Program-made: the position numbers and the translations under genes
NCBI RefSeq assembly: GCF_964194025.1
Contig: NC_134472.1
Location: forward strand, 22,692,001 to 22,756,000
Reading direction: 5' to 3'
Length of the DNA: 64,000 nt
Origin: Convolutriloba macropyga
Taxonomy: Eukaryota
Shown here: piece by piece, positions 25,843-37,030 of the stretch
How positions within the stretch are numbered: position 1 is the stretch's first letter
How the letters are laid out: the number at the start of each line of letters is the position of its first letter
The notes under the pieces: generated by a model
What the model saw: only the letters and a program-made list of their open reading frames with translations
Databases searched by the model: none
What the model was told of the DNA's origin: nothing

Positions 25843-28800
25843 ACAAGGCGGCTCGTTAATGTGCGTTCGCACATGATGTTCCGACCCGAGCTCATCTACA
25901 TTTTTGACTAAAATGTCAACCAAATCAAGAGATAACAAAAATAGATGTTTGAGTTTAAAACAATCGTTACACATTCTATCTACTAATTGAATTACTAATG
26001 CCATGCTTCATTACAGCACCAACGTGACCTGACATTGAAGAGACTAGAAAAAAAATAGCACCAACAAAATTTTGGCGGCAAAAAATGAATATCTAAATTT
26101 AAAAGCACCTGGTAACAACGTCAAAATGCAGTCAGATAAAACCTTAACTACACAAGTTTACCTTTTACTAACTATACAGCAGATGAAAAGTTTTCTTAAC
26201 GAGACTAGGTAACAAGCCGACAAAAAGAACGAACAGTGAGGCGAAACTTAAAAATTAATCAACATTTTTTGCACCAAGAAAATTCAAAAATCTTAAAAAA
26301 CATTGGTTTTTAATAAAAAAATCCTTGATAAATTACTAAAAAGTCATTACAAAACCAAAAGCACCCGTCTGTGGTCAGACTATGCCATAGAAACAAACTA
26401 AAGAGAAACTCAAAAAATTACAAACGATTTGCGAAAACACAAACCTTTGCTACCATTAAAATCAATAGCTATCATCTGAATATGTATTTTTAATTCAGTT
26501 GTTATTTCTGCTATTTCAGTTGAAGGATTTATACTGAAAGATTAAATAAGTTTACTTGGGCCACATTTAAAAACCATTGGGATCTGTTATTACGCGATTG
26601 TTCTGAAGGAACAGAAAAAGAAACGCAAAAAATGGCCATTCAATAAACGTTCAGAAAAACGAAACAACAGTGGCACATAATATCAATATATATGTTATTT
26701 CTTGAAATACACGAAATTCGATGGGACATCTGATTGATGAATAGAAGTTAAATTTGACGAAAAGAACCTATTCGCTATATACTGAATGTTTCGAGCAACA
26801 TCATTCATTCAGTCCTCAATTACAAGCCTATGAGATCTGTGAGCAATTTACGGCTACCTAAAGAACAAAAACAGCGAATTCAGGAAAAAAAATTGAGCGA
26901 CAAAAGGGTCGAAGGCATTAAAAAAATGAACTTTTCACTAAACACTCTTCAATTTTAAATTAATTTTTCAGGAGCAATGGGAAAACCTTTTTTATCAATA
27001 TAATTTCAAAAAATCAACAAATATAAACAAATACATTAGACGCACGAAAATTGCGGGAAAACACGTATTATCAACGCCATTAAATTCATTAGCCTTCAAA
27101 GGAAGCCAGTATATACAATAAATGATGCCTCGAGGGGACAATAAGTTTTTTTGCCAATCGTATTTCATCAATAAGACCTTACAACAAGTTAATGACTATG
27201 AAAACAACAACAGAGAGAGGCAAAAACCACAAATTCAGTAGAAAAGTGCCTGAAGAAAATGTCGAAGCAACTCAAATCATAAGCTCTTCCCTGAAAACTT
27301 TATTTATGATCCGTTGAACTTCTTCCCTAAACCAATAGGGACTCTCAGCAGTAAGATGATGTGATAAGATTTCAAAAGGATCGAAAAACAAAATAAAGTA
27401 CCCAAAAAAAATATGAATTCTCGTGGCATTGATGTTTTAAAACTAATAGGTAGAAGATAAAACCGCTAACCAGATTAATTTTGGCTATAGTAGAACGGAA
27501 ATGGATTCTGTTAGAACCAACAATGACCAAGAGTATTCACGAAAAAAAATTAGGAATGGTTGAATTTCAAAAAAGTTTCGAAAAATTATTTTTAAACCCT
27601 TAACAGCCAGTAAACTGAATCTTTCATCGGAGCTCAATGACGATGCTCAGATATAACCCATAGGGAGGAAAATGATGTCTGTCATGCATAGATAGTTAAA
27701 AAGACATCACAATAAGTCTTATGACAGAAAACAATAACAAAAACAGCAAAAACTAAAATTCAGTAGAAAAATGCGAGAAGAAAGTGTCGAAGACAATTAA
27801 ACCATTAGCTATTCTCTGAAAACTTTCTCTGTGATCCACTGAACGTCCTCTCTAAGCCAATTGGATTACAATAATCTTTGGATAATGTGATAAAGAGTTC
27901 AAAAGTGACCAATAATTCAAAAAATCCAAAAAAAAAATTTAAAAAAATTGAAATCTTTGTCATTGAAGTCATATAACCAATAGCTAGAAGATAAAACAGC
28001 TAAACAGAATATTTTTAGTCGCAGTAAAAAGCAAGTGGGTCCAGTCAATACTGAAACTCACTAACAGTTCAAGAAAAATTTAGGAATTGTTATTGTTCAA
28101 ATAAAATTTTCGAAAAATGATTTTTATTTTAACAGACATTAAATTCAATAGCTTTCAACGGAAGTCAATAAAAACGCTCAAAGATGCCCCGGTGGCAGTA
28201 CATTTATGTTTGTCATGCATAGGTATTCATTATGAGATCACAGTAAGTATAATGACTATTAAAACAACAAAAAAAAACAGGAGAAAACCAAAAAATCAGT
28301 AGAAAAGTGCAAGAAGAACGTGTCGAAGCCATTTAAACCATAAATTTTTGTTTAAAATTTTTATTGGTCATCCACAGAACATCGTTTTTAAGCTAATGGG
28401 AACTGTCAATATTTGGATAATGTGATAAGATTTCAAAAGTAACCAATAATACGTAAAAATCCAAAAAAAATTTTAAAAAATTGAAATTTTTTGTCATTGA
28501 AGTCATATAACCAATAGATAGAAGATAAAACCGCTAACCAGTTTAATTTTGGTTGCAGTAGGAAGGAAGAGGGTGCTCTCACCCCTGGACTGACTTACAA
28601 TTCACTATAATAAGATTATGATTCTTTAATATTCAAAAAAAAATTCGAAAAATTATTTTTTAAGTCTTAACAGCCATTAGCCGCCCCCTCAATGAAATAG
28701 ACATGTTCACTTAATGCTCATTATGGAACATATTGCACTGTTAGTCAATGAATCCCTACCATAGGACTCCAAAAAAAATAGTAAAACTTCAAAAAGAAAT

Positions 28801-29422
28801 TCAAAATTTCATTCAAAATTACGAAAACTCAGAATCGAAGCCAAAAAAAACATGAGCAATTCCTTGAAAACGACGTTTTTTGTTCATTGCGCTTCATTCG
28901 ACTATAAAGGAGTTTTGTCATTAATAGAACGTCGATATAAAATGTGACTTGTCTCTAGGTGACTTAAAAAAGCAAAAAAGAGAAAAGTTTTATTAAAAAA
29001 AGGGCTCTCAATTAGAGTTCGATTTTTTTTTGATAGTGAACTTCCCTATGAGACCAGAACTAGTCTTTCTATCGCCTTGCATTCAACTTTTACGAACTCA
29101 AAATTTATTCTTTTTATAGAAATTTGAATTAATGTTTTCGTAAAAAAGATCTTAGTTTGAAGAAAATTGTACTAAAAGTGAACAATCATGCTAAAGATCC
29201 CATTGTTCACACAAAACTTCAATCCTCGATAACTCCTCGAAAAAAACGAAATTCAAAAAAATCTTTTTACTTTTGAATTCTACGCTGGACCAGCTTTTTA
29301 ATGATACCACTCACATTTCTCTACGACGAATATATCGATCGGCCAAAATTCACTGAACAAAAAAAAAAAAAACCCATTTGAGTATATAGTTCCTTCCCCC
29401 ACAAGTGGGGTCGGAACAATTA
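25843..29422 (-). mobile_element. F-family Helentron-type element (3.6 kb) with three internal ~535-bp tandem units
   Basis: SubTIR TGTTCCGACCC / GGGTCGGAACA; 3' hairpin ATGTGCG-TT-CGCACAT; 5' hairpin CCCCAC-AA-GTGGGG; repeat units at ~27060-28680; inverted homologue at 58606-60957. Confidence 0.75.
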
Positions 29423-29604
29423 AATGTAGGTCTAGGCGAGTGACTGCCAAGTTTGCACAAATTTGTTACGACGCTTTTGGACCTATTCTACTTCGAAAAT
29501 TGATTCTTACAAATGATGATTATAAAAAACGACGCCTCTTCGGTCGTTGAACTAATGCCGGGCCACCATACTTTTAAATGCGCGTGATATGTCCTCAAAG
29601 TAAA

Positions 29605-32230
29605 AACATAGCCGGCAGATTGCCTGAATAGCTGCGAAATAGACTTATGTGCCGTAAAATACAGATGGAAAAAGATACAGAAGTGAGTTGATAATAGTTA
29701 TCGCCGCCGCCTACAAAACTTACAAGTTTATTTCAAAGGAGGTTGTTTTTGGGTGCAAAAAAATTTTTCCTGTCGCGTCTCGAACCGGCGATCTCCGGAT
29801 TAACAGCCAGTCGCCTTAACCACTCGGCTGTCGGACCATACAATCTGTTTTCTGACAATCAACTTTGTTTTAGGAACAGATTCTGTTTCTGAATAACCGC
29901 AATTTAGGTCACGCAGAAAGCGTGAAATCAAGCGCGAAAAAGCCATTTAAGCAGTGACGAGACAGAATGTTCTAGAACAAATGTAAAACGAAAATGAAGC
30001 GTCAGACGACGAAACAAAAAAACATAGCCGGAAGAATTCCGGAAGCGACTCGAAACCGCAAAACCTCACAAACAAAATCCTAATTGCAGCTGAAGCAATT
30101 ACCATTTGAATTCAACCATTAACTCATTACCTCCCCTGGTGTGATCTAAAAATTGGCGAAACTTAAACCACTGTCACCAAGAAAAAAATGCAGCAAAATT
30201 TTATATTGTTGAAAACGTTTGATAACGTTAAAAAATCCGAAATAGATAAGCAGGTCAAAATACTGATGGCCTAAAACAGCTGAAAGGGGTATCAATTGCC
30301 CTCCAATAATTCATGATTCTGATCTCAAAAAGATCAGAAAAGCAAACGGTAGATAACAATCTTAGAAACTAAGTTAAATCTTTTCTTTAAAAAAAAAAGA
30401 ATACTCAAATTTAAGAATCAGAAAACCACTATAATTACAGTTCTAATCACTGCAATTAAAACAAAAGACGGCACATACTTCTCCCGTGTTCTGCATATGC
30501 TAGACAACATGATTTAAAACTAATTCAAAATTAAAATAATCGCAGAAAAGACAAGCAGCAGAAAAATGTTCAAAGGCAAAAAATCGTTTAAATTAACACC
30601 AAGGCCGGAAGGAAGTTGCAGTAGATAGTATTAAGTAGAGCTTTTGGAAAAAGCTGGCTAGCAAACTCTCAGTACTGCCTTGTCTTGAATGAAATCAATT
30701 GCAAACAGAAATGACGAAAATCTAAGAAAATGCTGAAATCATTCAATTTTTTAACAACTGAAACAACCAAAAATAAATGTGCCATAAAAAGCTGCCAGGA
30801 CAAAACTAAAATGATACTAACTAGAATGATAAGAACATGGACACAATGTGAGGAACACCGTAATAAAAACAGATTCTTGATTTTTGAAAGTCAAAAAAAA
30901 ATTAAATTCAAGAAAAACGAATACATTTCATTGTTCAGCATAGAGACATAGAAAAGATAACTAGTCGTCCAATATAAAGATCTATCCTCCTGAAGTGAAC
31001 AAAAAAATAAGAAAAACCAGATATCAAACATACGAAACATTAAATATTTTACAGAAAAAGGTCAAAAAAACTTTTAATACTGCTTTCATGAAAAATGGAA
31101 GCTGAAAAAATCAATATACCAAAAATAAAAATAGGTGCCAGGACAAAGCTAGAATGATACTAACTAGAATTTTAAGAATATGGGCACAATGTAAGGAACA
31201 CCGTAACAAAAAAGCATTCTTGTTTTTTAAAAAGTTAAAAATCAAATTAAAAAATCAAGAAAAACAAATACAGTTCACTGCTCAACATTCGAGACCTAGA
31301 AAAGATAACTAGTCATCCGAAACAAAAATCTATCCTCCTGAAGAGAACAGAAAAAATAGGAAAAAGCAGAACTCAAAAATATAAAACATTGAAACATTTT
31401 GCAAAAAAAAAATTATCAAAAAACTTTTAAGACTGCATTTGCAGCTTCACCTGTTTTTCAAAAACTGAACTCCAAAAAATGATTGAATTTTTATTAAAAC
31501 GCAATTAAGGTCCCTCATATTGCACAAAAAGACTATTTCTAGTAATTACAATCAAAATACAAACAAAAAACTGACAAAAATCGGGAAAAAACTACCAAAA
31601 TCGGATTAGCATATGTATAATTTTATAAAACAAAAACACACCGAGGTAGAGAGAGGTGTTAAGTATATGAATTATCAAAGGGAATTTGCCAAATGAACTG
31701 ATTTTTGACAAAAAGACGGTTAAAAGATCTAAGAATGAAGAAATTAATAGAAAAAAGTCAAAAATTAACTAAAAAATCAAAAAATATGTGCCAATTTTCA
31801 AATTGAAACCCATATTCAGGCTCTGCAAAACACTGTGGCATCAATCTCCGATGTTGGCATTTCAATATAGTATCGAATAAAAATTATTTCTACAAAAAAC
31901 CAAATTACAAGCAAAAAAAATTGGCCACTTAGACGAAAAAACGGCTAAAAACGGTTATCTATATATGCCATTCAGTCAAAAACTACTTTTCAAAGTCAAA
32001 AAGTCATTCACTAAACGCAGCGCATGATCAAAAAACTTCTCTCGCTTAGCGAAAATTTGTTCACCAAGACAGCTTTTCTCACTTTCGCTTTTAGGTCAAA
32101 ATGCCGCGTGAACAAATCTACTTCCTGTAAAAAAAAAAAACCGAGAGAAAACCAATACTCCTCTTCGAGTCGTAAAAACCAAGAGCACCGCAATATAGCT
32201 ACGCTCAGCTTACAGCTTCGCAGTTATAAA
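29605..32230 (-). mobile_element. A3 Helentron-type element (tRNA-like cassette) with B guest at 30020-32177
   Basis: SubTIR ATAGCTGCGAA / TTCGCAGTTAT; the B copy has a ~350-bp internal duplication (~30760-31440). Confidence 0.78.
29768..29838 (-). ncRNA. tRNA-like sequence (GTT at the anticodon-equivalent position), probably non-coding
   Basis: AGCCGAGTGGTTAAGGC D-arm/A-box and GGTTCGAGA B-box; T-stem and acceptor stem pair poorly; downstream T run. Confidence 0.55.
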
Positions 32231-33108
32231 AAAAATTGAAATCTGATATAGCATTCAATAGGTTCCGTACTTTTTGCGTTGACAAATGTCCGCAAATACT
32301 CCATTCGCAAACACTTCATTTTTCTTCTCAAAACAATTCGCTAATAGCGACAGAAATTTTTCCAGCCAACAGTCGGGCAGCCTTACCACTAAAAAGATAT
32401 TTAACATTGAATAAAGATTCGCAAAAGATACTTCTGGAGACCGTCAAGCTGGTACACATCTCAACCTATTGATTTTGGTGCAAATTAGCTGAAACAATTA
32501 GCTTTTAAAATTTTCTGAAACAATTAGCTTTTAAAATTTCCTGAGATAGATTATGCATAAAAAGCACAACCAACCTACAATACAAGAGGATCAGAAAAAA
32601 ATCAAGAAGACAAAAATGTCCATGCGTAAAAAATGCCCATGCGTAAAGTAGGACTTGAGTACAAAAGAGCGACCAAAAATCGACCAGGAGCAGCCCTAGA
32701 AACTGACTAAAGTTGAGACGACCTGGCGAAGAGAGGACACTAGGAACTATAAAAGTTGACAACGATACCGATTACCAAAAAGTCAAACGAATAAAGAATC
32801 ACAAAGAAATCATAGTGGTCACCAAAGCTCTTTTTATCAATCAATTATTGCGCGTTTCGTTTTTGTCCTTTGTGTTATCATGATTTTTTGAAACAATCAC
32901 AAGTTTAGGTCCAAATTAATACATTTAAACCATTTCTTTTGCGTTATATTTGATATCATCTCGCAGATAAAAGGATATATCACAACTTAAAATTAATAGT
33001 TGTCGACTTTTAAAGCACCGTTTTAGACAAATCTGTTTTATTCCCAGCATTATTCGAAAACAATGACATTTTGCCTAGTTTTCAGGCATATTCAGACACT
33101 TTTACTAC

Positions 33109-33344
33109 CCTGTATCTCTTTGAGGAATAGAGCGTGCTGCTGAACTCCTGGGATGTTGAAGGTGTTGGACAGACAGCCTATTCCGACGACCAGTTTGTCA
33201 AATGGGAGCGAGTATTCTACATCTGGCTTGACACTGCTTCTACAGTGCACTAATTTGCTCTCCTCATCAATTGAAGTTGCATGTGCTAAGTGAAATTTTT
33301 CAGCATCAGTGAATCCGATATTCCGAATCGGCTCAATTATCGAC
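33109..33344 (-). CDS. NDH2: Type II NADH dehydrogenase, middle exon (SIIEPIR...FDKLVVGIG...TFNIPGV...FLKEIQ)
   Basis: Acceptor TTTTAG|G completes the R of EFRS; conserved NDH-2 motifs. The donor reads CAG G|GTAGT, one base out of phase with the next exon (see findings). Confidence 0.9.
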
Positions 33345-33987
33345 CTAAAAATCAACTCACGCAAACTATAGCTTCTAAAATTCGGAATTTAGAATTAACC
33401 GAAACAAATAAGAGGTAGAGGATTGCATCATTTGTCCGTGAGAAAAATTTCGCTATAATAATATATCAAATAAAAAAGATACTCAATCTCTTAATCATTG
33501 CCTGTCGTAATTTTGCAAATGATAGCCTATGATGAACAGACATAGTACACTCAACTGGAAAGTTTTGACCTACACGTTGTTTGCTACTTTTCCTTCTCAA
33601 ATACTCATCAAAAAAGTTCCAAGAGAACCAATGAGAAAGTTCAAGTGCGATTATCATCAGATGCTGTGATTTCTCGGTTAAGATCGTTCAATTCTCTATT
33701 GATATACGAACTATCTTCACTTCCTAAATTCATGTTTCAAATGAATTCACAATAATGGCTATGTTATCGATAGTATAAAGTAGTAATAACGGGGATACTT
33801 GCAGCAACGAAAAATCGGAACCCGTTAACCCCGAAACTTTCATTGCTAAAAATCCCAAGTTAAAACAAAACGAAGCCATCAAAAAAAAACATAAGTTAGA
33901 CGTTAATTGTCCGAAAATCAACTTCAATCAGTGCTATAGTAAAACAAGCTCTAATACTGCGTGAATGATCAATGTGAGTGTATGTAC

Positions 33988-34313
33988 CTGAACTCTAGTG
34001 TTCCAACAGTAGTGGAAGCGAGAAGAGGAGTGAACAGAAAGTAGTTTCTGGGACTGACTACTGTGACGTCATACTTCTTCCTATCAATGGTCTTCACAAA
34101 CGAGTACCTGGCCCATCCAGTTCCCAACACAACCACCCTCTCCCTCTCGTCTTTTCCCTCTCCTCTTTCCACAGTTGCGTAACTCCTACTTTGTGACGTC
34201 ACAGCTCCTCTCCGGAACAGGCCTCTGTTCATACTCCTCCTCAGCTGCACTAATGACGTCATTTTCAATGTACACTCAAACACTTTAATCTGATGCTTTC
34301 TCCAGACATTCAT
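33988..34313 (-). CDS. NDH2: Type II (alternative) NADH dehydrogenase, first coding exon, copy 1 (frame intact, GTGWAR variant)
   Basis: [23 protein letters not shown] and VGTLEFR motifs; Arg-rich N-terminus resembling a mitochondrial presequence (alternative start 34262, ...SRSYAT); donor AG|GTACAT, phase 2; acceptor TTTCAG at 34364-34365. Confidence 0.88.
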
Positions 34314-34569
34314 TCAGCCAATTATAATTGAAGTCAGTTGTTTCACTTTTCACATTCACATTTCTGAAAGAAGACTTTATTGTCAATTTAGTCTCAGGAG
34401 ACATCACATTGATAGGTCTCGATTGTTTCAAGTTTGATAGGTCACATTGATAGGTCTCGATAACAAACAGCTGATTGTTATGGGCTTATCCAGCTATCTT
34501 CTTAGCGCTCCTTATTTTTCCAAGTACGTCTTTTTTATCCGTTGATATAAGATAACTACGATTATAATC

Positions 34570-35240
34570 AACATAGCTGGCAGATTGCCAGAAAATAGCC
34601 GCAATAGATTTGTAGATCGGCAGCCTAAAAAACAGTAAAAAAGACAGACCAAAAACATTGTCTTTTCATTGAAGGCTGATCTGTTATATTTTGATTAAAA
34701 ATCTGTATAAGTTTTTGCTGCCTCTATTAGCTGCTCTCAAATAACCTTCATTTAGAGTGACACACATTCACTTGACCTTATCTCTTTGAATTAAAGTAAA
34801 TAAAAGTCAATTTCAAATTGAGGAAGTCATTTTTGAGAGTGAGGTAAGTCAAGTGTGACCAAAAATTTAATCACGCGCATGAACAAAAAGAAAAAATTCG
34901 CTCCACTAAGAGCGAAAAATGACGTCACACATGCGATTCAGTTGAAATTGCATGAACGATTGAACAAAAAGTGGCTGTGACGTCATATGGTCGTAACAAA
35001 AATCATGACGGCGAAATAAAAAAAAAACATAGCCGGAAGAATTCCGGAAGCGACTCAAAGCAACAAAACTACACAAAAACCGTAAATGCAGCTGAAGTCT
35101 TTATCCTTTGTATTAAACCTTTAACTCATTACCTCCCGAGGTCTGATCTAAAAATTAGTGAAATTTAAACAACAATCACCAAGAAAAACAAAATGCAGCA
35201 AAATTTTATATTATTGAAACCGTTTGGCAACGTTAAAAAA
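34570..35240 (-). mobile_element. A2 > B composite, truncated by the duplication breakpoint
   Basis: Near-identical to 37031-37699. Confidence 0.8.
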
Positions 35241-35756
35241 GACTTTTAACTTAATCATTCTTAATCATTGCCTGTCGTAATTTTGCAAATGATAGCCTAT
35301 GATGAACAGACATAGTACACTCAACTGGAAAGTTTTGACCTACACGTTGTTTGCTACTTTTCCTTCTCAAATACTCATCAAAAAAGTTCCAAGAGAACCA
35401 ATGAGAAAGTTCAAGTGCGATTATCATCAGATGCTGTGATTTCTCGGTTAAGATCGTTCAATTCTCTATTGATATACGAACTATCTTCACTTCCTAAATT
35501 CATGTTTCAAATGAATTCACAATAATGGCTATGTTATCGATAGTATAAAGTAGTAATAACGGGGATACTTGCAGCAACGAAAAATCGGAACCCGTTAACC
35601 CCGAAACTTTCATTGCTAAAAATCCCAAGTTAAAACAAAACGAAGCCATCAAAAAAAACATAAGTTAGACGTTAATTGTCCGAAAATCAACTTCAATCAG
35701 TGCTATAGTAAAACAAGCTCTAATACTGCGTGAATGATCAATGTGAGTGTATGTAC

Positions 35757-36083
35757 CTGAACTCTAGTGTTCCAACAGTAGTGGAAGCGAGAAGAGGAGT
35801 GAACAGAAAGTAGTTTCTGGGACTGACTACTGTGACGTCATACTTCTTCCTATCAATGGTCTTCACAAACGAGTAGCTGGCCCATCCAGTTCCCAACACA
35901 ACCACCCTCTCCCTCTCGTCTTTTCCCCTCTCCTCTTTCCACAGTTGCGTAACTCCTACTTTGTGACGTCACAGCTCCTCTCCGGAACAGGCCTCTGTTC
36001 ATACTCCTCCTCAGCTGCACTAATGACGTCATTTTCAATGTACACTCAAACACTTTAATCTGATGCTTTCTCCAGACATTCAT
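35757..36083 (-). pseudogene. NDH2: Duplicate of the NDH-2 first coding exon (copy 2) with a +1 frameshift
   Basis: Near-identical to 33988-34313; one extra C in the run at 35925-35928; retains GTGWAS; both splice sites intact (36134-36135 and 35755-35756). Confidence 0.8.
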
Positions 36084-37030
36084 TCAGCCAATTATAATTG
36101 AAGTCAGTTGTTTCACTTTTCACATTCACATTTCTGAAAGAAGACTTTATTGTCAATTTAGTCTCAGGAGACATCACATTGATAGGTCTCGATTGTCTCC
36201 CCAATTAATAATTTTAAATAACTGAATTAAATAACGGATTTAAATAATGATCAACAGCTCTTCTAGGTTCTTACAGATCACTCCGAATACTTTTCCAACC
36301 CCTGAAACAAGCATTCAGCTCAGATAACTCCACTTCTGGGCCAAAGAGTTCTCTTGGCTTATTTCTCAATTTGAATTCATTTTTCCAATTATCTCGAATT
36401 CTAAAACTACTCTTTTGTATAAGGGCTGCGATGTTCCGTATCAAAACTCTTTCCAAATTTGCTCATTTTCAGAGCTAGGAGAAACATTTTTTTTTGTATC
36501 AAAGTCATAGGGTAATGGCCAAGAAAAAGAAACCAAAGTTTCCCGCATTTTGAAATTTCCCGAGAAACCTCCTACAATCCGCTTCTTTCAGAAATATCTC
36601 AACACCGGTAATTTTTTGTCAATGGAACAAACTTGTTTGGAACAAAAAACACTGGGCTTCACGCACGGTCAAGGAGAAACACGCAGAAAAAAAAACAATA
36701 TTGTCATGTTCTGCCTGCCACTCCCATATTATTCAGATTCAATTTTCTGTGGGTACTGTTCAGCTCAGTGTTTAACAATTTTTAACACCCTTTCCAATAT
36801 GAAAATTACAAAAAAATTCATTTTCAATTTTTATATGCGAAAAATTGTTAACATACATTTCTAACAGGTAACAAGGTTTTCAAAATATCTCAAAATACAG
36901 AGTTTAATTCTTTCGCAGACACTCCATTCAGCTGATTGTTATGGGCTTATCCAGCTATCTTCTTAGCGCTCCTTATTTTTCCAAGTACGTCTTTTTTATC
37001 CGTTGATATAAGATAACTACGATTATAATC

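Noticed and set aside
29768-29838. Functional tRNA-Asn gene
   Set aside because: Acceptor and T stems do not pair, the anticodon loop is irregular, and it is embedded in a repeat.
25272-33116. U12 AT-AC intron to fix the NDH-2 phase problem
   Set aside because: The 5' sequence ATACAG does not match ATATCCTT, and the join would delete a conserved residue.
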